Part shown: positions 8,800 to 17,318 of the stretch, in pieces
Layout: every line of letters starts with the position of its first letter
How positions within the stretch are numbered: the first letter of the stretch is position 1
IMG/VR virus record: IMGVR_UViG_3300010376_000043
Coordinates: 1 to 51,765 of that record
Source of the DNA: a virus
Lineage: Duplodnaviria > Caudoviricetes
Length of the DNA: 51,765 nucleotides
Direction: 5' to 3' (one strand)
Translations under genes and position numbers: made by a program
The notes under the pieces: generated by a model
Told to the model about the DNA's origin: nothing
The model's input: the letters and a program-made list of their open reading frames with translations, nothing else
Database searches by the model: none

Positions 8800-10290
8800 A
8801 TGATGAGGATAATCCAAACCAATGACCTCGACATCAACAACCTATCTGATTGGGATGCCGATCAAATCTACAATGGGCTCGATTGTGCAGTTACCCGTGA
8901 ACTTGTGGATGTACTCACTTCGCAGTTGGACAAAGAGACAGCCGCAACTTACGCCTTCGAACGAGAACTCCAAGGTCCCATCTTGGAAATGCGACTTCGA
9001 GGTGTTGCGATCGACTTTGAGCGCCGAGACCAAGTCATCGAACAATACTCAGATCGGATCGACCAACTGCAACAACAGCTTGAACGAATAGTAGGGGAGG
9101 GCTTGGATGTCTGGGGATGGAATTGGCAGTCACCGAAAGATCTACGTCATATCTTCTTCGAGGTACTCGGCATACCCAGTGGCGCTAGGGCGTCTGTTGA
9201 CCGCAAGGCTCTGGAGCGCATTAACGGGTATTTTGTGGCGAAGCCTATTGTTAGTCACATTATCGCAATGCGGGACTTGGCGAAGAAGATCCAACTCTTA
9301 AGAACGGAGATAGACCGCGATGGAAGGATGCGCACCTCATATAATATTGCAGGAACCACTACGGGACGTCTTAGCTCGTCTTTTTCAGAATTCGGAACCG
9401 GGACAAATCTACAAAATATCGAAGAATCTCTGCGTAGTATCTTTGTTGCCGACCCAGGATATAAACTGGCTTACCTCGACGCTGAGCAAGGCGAATCGCG
9501 ATGCGTCGGCGCAATAGAATGGAACCTGTTCAATGATGGACGATACCTCAACGCGTGTGAGACTGGCGACCTGCACACTAGCGTTGCAAAGCTGGTCTGG
9601 CCAAACCACCATTGGACAGGCGAGCCTGAAGCAGACCGTGAGATCGCCGAGCAGCGTTATTATCGACATTACACTCGACGCTTCATGTGCAAGAAGATTG
9701 GTCACGGCTCTAACTATGGAGGACGACCGAGAACGCTGGCCGCGGAAGCTGAGGTTGAGATTAGACTAGTGGAAGAATTCCAGCCGGTTTACTTTCGTCA
9801 ATTCCCTGCGCATATCAGGCGGTTCAATTGGACAGAGGATGAACTGCGCAGGAAAGGTTTCCTAATCTCCCTAATGGGAAGGAAGCGATGGTTCCTTGGA
9901 AGGAGGGACGATGATTCAACACTTAGAGAAGCACTGGCGTACGATCCGCAATCTAGTCTTGCTGACTATCTTGATCGCGGGATGCTCAACGTCTGGCGAA
10001 GTGGTGTTTGTCAGATCCTTATGCAAATACATGACGCCATTCTCATTCAGTATCCAGAGCAGCGGGAAGACGAAACGATTAAGCTGGTTCGAGAGCAACT
10101 TGAATTTTCTATACCTCTTGCGCGTGCCCGCGTGTTTAGAATTCCCTATGGTGTGAAAACGGGATGGAATTGGGGATCGTATAGCGAAGAGAATCCCGAT
10201 GGCCTCAAAGAATACTCGCATAAAGACCAACGGCGCAGGACGCCGCCGACTTCCCTCCTGGATCGACGCTTTTACAGAATATACGGGTAG
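8800..10290 (+). CDS. polA: Family A DNA polymerase, polymerase domain plus ExoIII motif
   Basis: TTGRLSS, NLQNI, motif A YLDAEQGESR, motif B KKIGHGSNYG, motif C QIHDAI. GAGGAG RBS favours ATG 8800/8803. Confidence 0.93.
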   Translation: MMRIIQTNDLDINNLSDWDADQIYNGLDCAVTRELVDVLTSQLDKETAATYAFERELQGPILEMRLRGVAIDFERRDQVIEQYSDRIDQLQQQLERIVGEGLDVWGWNWQSPKDLRHIFFEVLGIPSGARASVDRKALERINGYFVAKPIVSHIIAMRDLAKKIQLLRTEIDRDGRMRTSYNIAGTTTGRLSSSFSEFGTGTNLQNIEESLRSIFVADPGYKLAYLDAEQGESRCVGAIEWNLFNDGRYLNACETGDLHTSVAKLVWPNHHWTGEPEADREIAEQRYYRHYTRRFMCKKIGHGSNYGGRPRTLAAEAEVEIRLVEEFQPVYFRQFPAHIRRFNWTEDELRRKGFLISLMGRKRWFLGRRDDDSTLREALAYDPQSSLADYLDRGMLNVWRSGVCQILMQIHDAILIQYPEQREDETIKLVREQLEFSIPLARARVFRIPYGVKTGWNWGSYSEENPDGLKEYSHKDQRRRTPPTSLLDRRFYRIYG

Positions 10291-11386
10291 GTTTTTACCC
10301 ACACCCGAGATCTTTCGCAAGTGGGCTGCGATCGCAACTCTCGGCGCAGTGTTGGAGAGGAAGGTTTGGATTGATACAGGGCAGCCACTGTATCCGAATT
10401 TGTATGTGTTCCTAATCGCACCCAGCGCCAAAGGAAAGACAAGGGTGATAGATTATGTCACAGATATCTATAGGAAGGTTGACGGTGGTTACCTCGCGCC
10501 AACAAGCATCACGCGGGCGAGCCTTATCGATGTCCTGGCGGAAAGTAAGCGTAAGCTACCGTTCAAGGGACTCGGTGGTGAGTATGTGGAGTATAATACT
10601 CTTTACATTGCGATTGATGAATTCTCCAACCTCATGCCGGAATACAATGCGGACATTATGGCTGCGCTCACCAAGTTTTACGATAACAATTGGTTCAAAG
10701 AAGCCAAAAGGGCCGGGCATATTAGGCATGATATCGATAAGCCGAACCTCAGCATTCTAACCGGGAGTACGCCGACCAATTTAATGCGGGTGTTGAAGCA
10801 TGATGTATGGACGCAGGGGCTGACTGGGAGGGTGATTATGCTTCATTCGAACAAAGAGACAAGGTATAATCCGTTGAGCCTTAGGGTTGTGGACAAAGAA
10901 CCTGGGCTTGAGCACGACATACAGGTTATCAATTCTTATTATGGGAAGATGAATTGGACGGATGAATATAATGAAACGCAAGAAGAATGGCTCCATTGCG
11001 GAGATGGACCAACACATCCATTGTTGAAGGACTACAGCGCGCGGAGATATAGCCATCTTTACAAGCTGTCGATGATATCATCTGTAGATCGAGGGGAGGA
11101 TTACACACTCAGGATTGAGGATTTTGAAAAAGCTAAGGGGTGGCTCTTGGAGGCGGAGAAAGACATGCAGGGGATATTCGAAGCGGGGTACACTACGCCG
11201 GATAGGCAGGCGATAGATGAGATCGTTGCCTTTTTGCGGAAAGAAGGACCACAGCCTTGGAGATTGGTGGTAAGAAAGGCGTCGTATTGTGTGCAGTCGT
11301 ACGCTTTGGACAAGCTGCTTAATTTGATGATTGAGACAGGCGAGATTAAAGACGTTGGCGGTGGGCGCTGGGGACCGTCTACTTGA
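10199..11386 (+). CDS. DUF3987/YfjI-like P-loop ATPase, putative replicative helicase domain
   Basis: LYPNLYVFLIAPSAKGKT Walker A, IDEF Walker B, LSILTGSTP, GLTGR; follows PolA. Confidence 0.7.
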   Translation: MASKNTRIKTNGAGRRRLPSWIDAFTEYTGRFLPTPEIFRKWAAIATLGAVLERKVWIDTGQPLYPNLYVFLIAPSAKGKTRVIDYVTDIYRKVDGGYLAPTSITRASLIDVLAESKRKLPFKGLGGEYVEYNTLYIAIDEFSNLMPEYNADIMAALTKFYDNNWFKEAKRAGHIRHDIDKPNLSILTGSTPTNLMRVLKHDVWTQGLTGRVIMLHSNKETRYNPLSLRVVDKEPGLEHDIQVINSYYGKMNWTDEYNETQEEWLHCGDGPTHPLLKDYSARRYSHLYKLSMISSVDRGEDYTLRIEDFEKAKGWLLEAEKDMQGIFEAGYTTPDRQAIDEIVAFLRKEGPQPWRLVVRKASYCVQSYALDKLLNLMIETGEIKDVGGGRWGPST

Positions 11387-14300
11387 ACACCTTCTGCTTT
11401 TGCTCCCCACGAGTAACACCCATCGCGACATCACCCCAATGAAACCAGTCGCGCATTATTCCTGTGCGAGGGCGTTCAACCCCGGTGGACCAATTATAAC
11501 CGTACTTGGCCGCATTGCCTGCTACTTGTTGCAAACCATATTTGAGACCACCAAGATGGATTAAATCGCGGATTAAGTTGCCTGCGAACTTTGGATTGTT
11601 GAAAGCGCCCATTCCTTTCTTCTCGAACTCGGCTATATCTCTAATAGTTTCATGAAGAGGTTTAAGCGCGCCGGTGAACAAACCAGCTTGGTCCCTACCT
11701 TGTTCAAGAGACATCCAAATATCCCTTGCGTAGAGAACGGAGTTCGCGAGCCCACCTAAGACGTACCACCCAAGACGTTCGCCAAAGCCCCTACGGTCGT
11801 CACGCCAAAGGCCAGTAACGTATTCCTCAACCATCGCTGGCCAAATGACGTAAGCAAATACATCGGCGGCGATTACTGGCACCATACCATAAATAGTCTT
11901 AAGCTTGTCGAAATCCCTCCCACCGGACTCCATATACTCCATTGAGTCTTTATACATATCATTAAGGCGGAAAGCCATATCAATTCGGTTCTGGAGCATA
12001 GTACCCCAGAAGTGATAGATCGAGGTAACCCATCGACCGATGTAGTGGATATCAGTAGCGCCCGGTTGGTTTGTTGGAGCGGTTGACCCATGCGCAAAAC
12101 GCACTGCGCGCTCTGCTTCGAAGCGAGCTTCGGCTGGGTTTTGTCCTTCGTCGATGGCCTTTAGAAAAGCACCGTAAGCTAAGGGCTTGGATGATACCAT
12201 GTCGGAAATAGCAACCGGGATTGCGCCCCAATGGATGATGTAGTCTCTGGCCGTTGACGTAGTGAAGTCCCTGCGCGGTAGCCCGAACCTATCGTCGATG
12301 TCTCTGTCACGGCGCTGGATCTCCTCAAAACTATTGACGAGCTTCATAGCCCGATCGCCAGTCGTTGCATCTCGGCCGAAGATCTGGATATTGCCCTTAA
12401 GATAATACTCTGGCCCAACCCTCACGATTGAGTTCGACAGCGCGGTCCAGAAGTGTTTTAGGACCGTAGAGACGTTTGCGCCGATGTAGTACGCAAGAAC
12501 ATTCCTGCGCGCAAACTCCGATGCTCTTTCTCCAAGCTCGCCAGCGGCTTGATTGTAAGTACCGCCGGTGGCCATCCGCTGATAGTGCTGCTCAATTGCC
12601 TTGAAGTACTCAGGACCATAGTGGGTCTTAATTGCGTTTTGCAAACCGGAGTCGGACAAGAACTTCCGCGCTGTAACAAGGTGCTGACGAAACGCAATGT
12701 CATGCGCCATTTGGTAGATGCGCGAGGGAAGCTGCGCCATGTTGGAGGAAACAACGTAGTTGGCCCATTCCTCTCGGTCACGAGCATGGGGGTTGGCAGT
12801 GAGCTGGCGGAGGTTATCCGGCCCATCGTCGACATTGAAGGTTGCAGTCTTTGAGCCATAGCCGGTGGCCTCTCTATCTTTCATTAAAGGATAGTATCCG
12901 CCATCGAAGTGGTACATTTTACCACCGATCTCAACATCGACCGCGCGCGGCAAGATAGTCCCTGGCGCGTTACCGTAGATATTCCGATAGACAACATCGA
13001 GCATGTTCTTTGGTTTCTTAAAGAACTTCCAGATCCCATCAACGTACTTCCAATCCTCCAAGGTCATGGTGAGCTTGACCCACGCCTCTAGCTCCGCGGC
13101 GTCACTCTCGGACATTCCATGAGAGCGCGTATATTTGAACCAATTGTCCTCCGTTCCCATGTTGAGCGCAATGGCGTAGAGGTTCTCACCAGTGAAGCCA
13201 GTGATCGGTGTGCCATCAGGATCCTTAAGCACTGACGGAGGCTGGAGGAACTGCCTATAGCGCTTAGGTTGTTTATTCTCTTGCCAGACCTTCCTCCACT
13301 CACGACGCAACCTTTCGTCATGATTTGCTGCCTCAGTATACTCACGACTAAAGACTTGATTCCATAACCCGCGAGGATTATCACCATCAAAACGGTTGAA
13401 TATCCTCTCCGCAATTCGGAGATTGGCATCCAACAACTGCGCGTAATGGACCATCTGCTGCCATTGCGTTGGGGTCATTGGAGTTGGCTTGGCCTTCCAT
13501 TTTTCCAAAGACTCTTTCATGCCATCGATAAGTGGCTGCATCTGTTGGTTCTGTTCATTGATGTAGGCCTTGCCCTCGGCCAATCCTTCCTTATGGAGGG
13601 ACTTGACTAGATCGAACATCGAGTTCGCTTCGCCGATCTTCCAGTCCTTAAGAGGCTTTGGTTGGCTGAAGTCCCAATTGCGCAGCCAGTTGGGGGCGTC
13701 AACCATGATTCCTTTTGAGTCTAAATCGTTCAAAAGCTTGTCAAGAGTGGGATAGCCTTTCTCCTTTAACTCAGCCAGCAGCTCATCAGTTCTTGGCACA
13801 ATCCGCTTTCCAAGCTGGCGACCAATGAGCTGGATGTAGTTGTGCATCGCGGCGGTTTCTTTAGAAGAGAACCTCTCCAAATTGCGCGCGATGTGCTGAC
13901 CGAGAATCCTGTCCACTTGCTCTTGGCTCTTCTCGAAGTCGCGCATGTAACCGGTTTGGATAAAGGTCCGTTCACGCTGTTGGGCAAGTTTGATTTCTTC
14001 TTTTGAGTCACCCTTCACCGCAGCGGCTTCGATCCTTTTACCGATCCCGTAATTCTGCGTGGAGAGATGTTCAGACTTCAGCTTGCCAAGGACGGTGTCC
14101 TCGAGGTCCCGAAGGGTTGCGCCGGTGAACTTCGCTCTTGTAATCCCTGAAGTATCCTGACCGTACTTGGTCATGATTCGCAAAGTGTCATCATGCATTA
14201 GATCAAGCTGGCCCTCGTTGTGGATATGATCGTTGGCGTAATCGAGAACCATATCCTCAGGTGAGCCGTATTTGTCCCTCATCAGACGCGCAGTTTCCCT

Positions 14301-17300
14301 TTCCACTTCTCGGGTAAAGTGCGCGTTAGGGGTTAGGTTCTCAAGTTTGCGCTGATGAACCAGCGCCATAAGATCTGACATCATCTCGCCGCCAGAGGTG
14401 AACCCAAACATAGAGAACATCTCATTAGGGTCGTACCCTCCCTTTCTTGACCAGAAAGCTGGGCCTAGTGCGTCACGCTGTTCTGGGGTGAGTTTGTTCC
14501 AATCGAACTTGCGAATTGTAACCCGCTTGCCATTGTAGATCCCTTCACGAATAAAGCGATCGGCGGCGATCTCTGGGCGCTGGAGAACACGATCAGCAGC
14601 AAGGACCTTTTGTACCTTCTCACCCTCTATCCATTCTTGCGTTGCGTGCTGGCGAGCCTCGTCAAGCACCCGCTCGCGCATAAACTGCCGATCCTTCTCA
14701 CGCTGTGCAAGGAGTTTATCTTTTATATCATCCCAGGTCTTCTTGGTGTAGCCAAGAACCTTTTGGTCCTTGAACAACTCCATCTCCGGAGGCTCTGGCA
14801 TTGGAGGCTCTGGGGGCTGGGGAGGCTCGCCGGGAGGGGGAGGAGGAGTGGTGAGATCTGGGGTCTTGCCAGCGGCCTCGTGATGGCGCTGAAGCATGTC
14901 GCCCCAGCCAAAGAGACCATCGAGGATGTTGTCTGGGACCTTTTCCTTAAGGATCTTTTCCAGGGCTCTACGGACTAGGTGCTTTGCGCCTTCCCAAAAA
15001 GAGTTCTTTCCAGCCGGGATCTCTAGTGCTTTTTTTAGCCTGCTCGACATATTCGCGCGCGTAAGAGCGTCCTCAACATCCGGAGAAGACTGCGCTTGCG
15101 CAATGAATTCGGTGCCGCTGTCCTCGATCGCGCCGGTTTTGTGGTTAATCCACTTGCCGGTAAAAGCGTAAGCAACTTCTGGGTTCCGCAAGGTCTGCGG
15201 CTCGTGTGCTTCGAGCCATGCCTTAAACTCATTCATTAGACTGACGCCAAGACCCATGAGGTGTGGATCCTCATACATCTGGCGGACAGACGCAGCGTGC
15301 GCCATCTCGTGAATGACGACGTGAGCCAGGAAGTGATCGCCTTTTGAGCCATTGGCGACAGACTCTTTGATCACAACATGATGGATGTTTGGGTCGTAGC
15401 CAGCTGGTGTCCTCGGCGCAAGGCGCTTCATATCCTTATCAGAGATAATGGTGACTGGCGTGTCACCTGCCAGCTTCTGCGCGCGATCACGGAAGAAAGT
15501 AGAAAGTGCCCGGCTGATCCCAGGGAACTTAGAGTAGTCCATCATATTCAAGATCTCGGTGCCAGTTGTGTCACCGAGGGATTTGATGTCAAACACCTGA
15601 CCACGGGTACTGGGTTGGTGGGACATCAGCGCGGTTGTGCCACCAACATTTTTTAGCGGGAATCGCTGAGGTTGCTCAAGGATCCCCTTCCCGAAGTCCG
15701 ACCAGAACCCTGGAGGAACTGGGAGGATGTTGTCCATTCCATTAGTGCGCCGCACAGTATCGAGGACCTTGGAACCTGAGTCGGTGAGACCGCCGTAGTA
15801 GGCCTCCTTCTCTGGAGTCGTAAGAAGCTCTTGCTGTTGTTGCTGCTGTTGCGCCTGCGCCTGTTGGAGTGTGTTCCTAACATCCTCCGACATACCCATC
15901 GGATCAAGATGTCGCGCTGTCTTGAGCCCCTTCATCGCTTCAGGGTTGATGTCCTTCTGCCTTGCGGCGAACTCGTTGAGCGGAACGCGAATAGAGGTTC
16001 CATTATCCCTTGCGCTCTTAAGCTGCTGGGCGATATCAGGAAGGAAGCCGAACAGCCCATCGTCCGCCGACGGTGGCTTGTCGCCATAGAGTTTGAGAAC
16101 TGCATCTGCGTCGAAGTTCATCGTCGCATCTGGGTACTTGCCGAGAAGGTCAGCCAACGCTTTCTTTCCCGCCTCGCCGCGCTCAGTGAGGTTGCTTTTC
16201 GCGACCTTCTTTAGAAGATCATCCGTGGCCTTGTCGAATGTCGCATCTCGCTCAGAGAGAATGTAATCCGTAATCGGATCAGCGCCCATTGGGATAGGCT
16301 TACCAGCGCGCATGTACATCAGTGTGCCTTCAAAGGCACCGCCGAATAAGACATTGGAGAAGAAGTTGGTAAGAAGCTCGTCGCGCCTAGGGACGTGGAA
16401 ATCAGCTTTTGGGTCGTACGTCCATCGTTTGGCTTCTGTTAATGCAAGCTGCTCAACCTGGCCCAAGGCAGTATTGGCTAAGCCGAAACCAGCGACTCGG
16501 GAGACAAAACCGGCCACCGGTCCTTCCATCATCTTGGTCATTGGGATCGGGAGCAGGCCGAAGATTGTTCCAAGAACAAAGCCGGTGTTGTATGCCGGTT
16601 CTGGAGCCACACCTTTCTTCTCTGCTTCCTCACCCATTGTCTCGGCGGTACCAAAACCGCCTAACAGCGCCATTACCCCAGCGCCGATGCCCGCTGCGCC
16701 TATACCAGGAGCAGCAGCAGCGACAGCTACGCCAGCGGCTACGCCACCTAAAACCGCAGGTCCCATATCACCAATGGTGGCAGCGACGCTGTTGATGAAC
16801 CCACCCTGCTGTTCAGGAGTAAGTGCAATATCCTCCGCGCTACGCTGGAGCTGTGCGCCATAGCCAGCCAAAGTCGACGATCCGGTCTCGCGCGCTAATG
16901 CGCGGATCAATGTCCCAGTGCTACCTCGTAGATGCTTTCCAAACACCGGCGCTGATTGGAAGCCCCAAGGTATGCTAGAGTTCTGGGCAAGATCTTCATA
17001 AGCTTGAGTAGCCGGATGTAGATTACCGTAATCGTCATTGGCCAACTTGGCGGCCATGTTGTTTTCAATTAACCAACGCTGCATGTTAGGATTGGCTTGG
17101 ACAATACGGCTACCAAGCTGGACCTTAGTCTGCTTATCGGCGTCTTCCAGATTGTTATAAACCCCTGCGCTACTAGCGCCTGTCAGATCTGATATGTCCG
17201 ATGCGCGCGAAGCATCGTCAGGATTGGCGTCGATGTCCATTGCAAGACGAGAGCGCCACGCCTGCTGGTAGCGAGGATCTTGAAACTGGAGTATGTTATC

Positions 17301-17318
17301 GTCATCGTCTCTAGGCAT
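11379..17318 (-). CDS. Very large internal virion/DNA-ejection protein (~1980 aa) with an HExxH metallopeptidase-like motif
   Basis: Last and largest gene of the ejection-protein series; N-terminal Gly/Ala hydrophobic helices; VVIHEMAH. Confidence 0.75.
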   Translation of the reverse strand: MPRDDDDNILQFQDPRYQQAWRSRLAMDIDANPDDASRASDISDLTGASSAGVYNNLEDADKQTKVQLGSRIVQANPNMQRWLIENNMAAKLANDDYGNLHPATQAYEDLAQNSSIPWGFQSAPVFGKHLRGSTGTLIRALARETGSSTLAGYGAQLQRSAEDIALTPEQQGGFINSVAATIGDMGPAVLGGVAAGVAVAAAAPGIGAAGIGAGVMALLGGFGTAETMGEEAEKKGVAPEPAYNTGFVLGTIFGLLPIPMTKMMEGPVAGFVSRVAGFGLANTALGQVEQLALTEAKRWTYDPKADFHVPRRDELLTNFFSNVLFGGAFEGTLMYMRAGKPIPMGADPITDYILSERDATFDKATDDLLKKVAKSNLTERGEAGKKALADLLGKYPDATMNFDADAVLKLYGDKPPSADDGLFGFLPDIAQQLKSARDNGTSIRVPLNEFAARQKDINPEAMKGLKTARHLDPMGMSEDVRNTLQQAQAQQQQQQQELLTTPEKEAYYGGLTDSGSKVLDTVRRTNGMDNILPVPPGFWSDFGKGILEQPQRFPLKNVGGTTALMSHQPSTRGQVFDIKSLGDTTGTEILNMMDYSKFPGISRALSTFFRDRAQKLAGDTPVTIISDKDMKRLAPRTPAGYDPNIHHVVIKESVANGSKGDHFLAHVVIHEMAHAASVRQMYEDPHLMGLGVSLMNEFKAWLEAHEPQTLRNPEVAYAFTGKWINHKTGAIEDSGTEFIAQAQSSPDVEDALTRANMSSRLKKALEIPAGKNSFWEGAKHLVRRALEKILKEKVPDNILDGLFGWGDMLQRHHEAAGKTPDLTTPPPPPGEPPQPPEPPMPEPPEMELFKDQKVLGYTKKTWDDIKDKLLAQREKDRQFMRERVLDEARQHATQEWIEGEKVQKVLAADRVLQRPEIAADRFIREGIYNGKRVTIRKFDWNKLTPEQRDALGPAFWSRKGGYDPNEMFSMFGFTSGGEMMSDLMALVHQRKLENLTPNAHFTREVERETARLMRDKYGSPEDMVLDYANDHIHNEGQLDLMHDDTLRIMTKYGQDTSGITRAKFTGATLRDLEDTVLGKLKSEHLSTQNYGIGKRIEAAAVKGDSKEEIKLAQQRERTFIQTGYMRDFEKSQEQVDRILGQHIARNLERFSSKETAAMHNYIQLIGRQLGKRIVPRTDELLAELKEKGYPTLDKLLNDLDSKGIMVDAPNWLRNWDFSQPKPLKDWKIGEANSMFDLVKSLHKEGLAEGKAYINEQNQQMQPLIDGMKESLEKWKAKPTPMTPTQWQQMVHYAQLLDANLRIAERIFNRFDGDNPRGLWNQVFSREYTEAANHDERLRREWRKVWQENKQPKRYRQFLQPPSVLKDPDGTPITGFTGENLYAIALNMGTEDNWFKYTRSHGMSESDAAELEAWVKLTMTLEDWKYVDGIWKFFKKPKNMLDVVYRNIYGNAPGTILPRAVDVEIGGKMYHFDGGYYPLMKDREATGYGSKTATFNVDDGPDNLRQLTANPHARDREEWANYVVSSNMAQLPSRIYQMAHDIAFRQHLVTARKFLSDSGLQNAIKTHYGPEYFKAIEQHYQRMATGGTYNQAAGELGERASEFARRNVLAYYIGANVSTVLKHFWTALSNSIVRVGPEYYLKGNIQIFGRDATTGDRAMKLVNSFEEIQRRDRDIDDRFGLPRRDFTTSTARDYIIHWGAIPVAISDMVSSKPLAYGAFLKAIDEGQNPAEARFEAERAVRFAHGSTAPTNQPGATDIHYIGRWVTSIYHFWGTMLQNRIDMAFRLNDMYKDSMEYMESGGRDFDKLKTIYGMVPVIAADVFAYVIWPAMVEEYVTGLWRDDRRGFGERLGWYVLGGLANSVLYARDIWMSLEQGRDQAGLFTGALKPLHETIRDIAEFEKKGMGAFNNPKFAGNLIRDLIHLGGLKYGLQQVAGNAAKYGYNWSTGVERPRTGIMRDWFHWGDVAMGVTRGEQKQKVFK

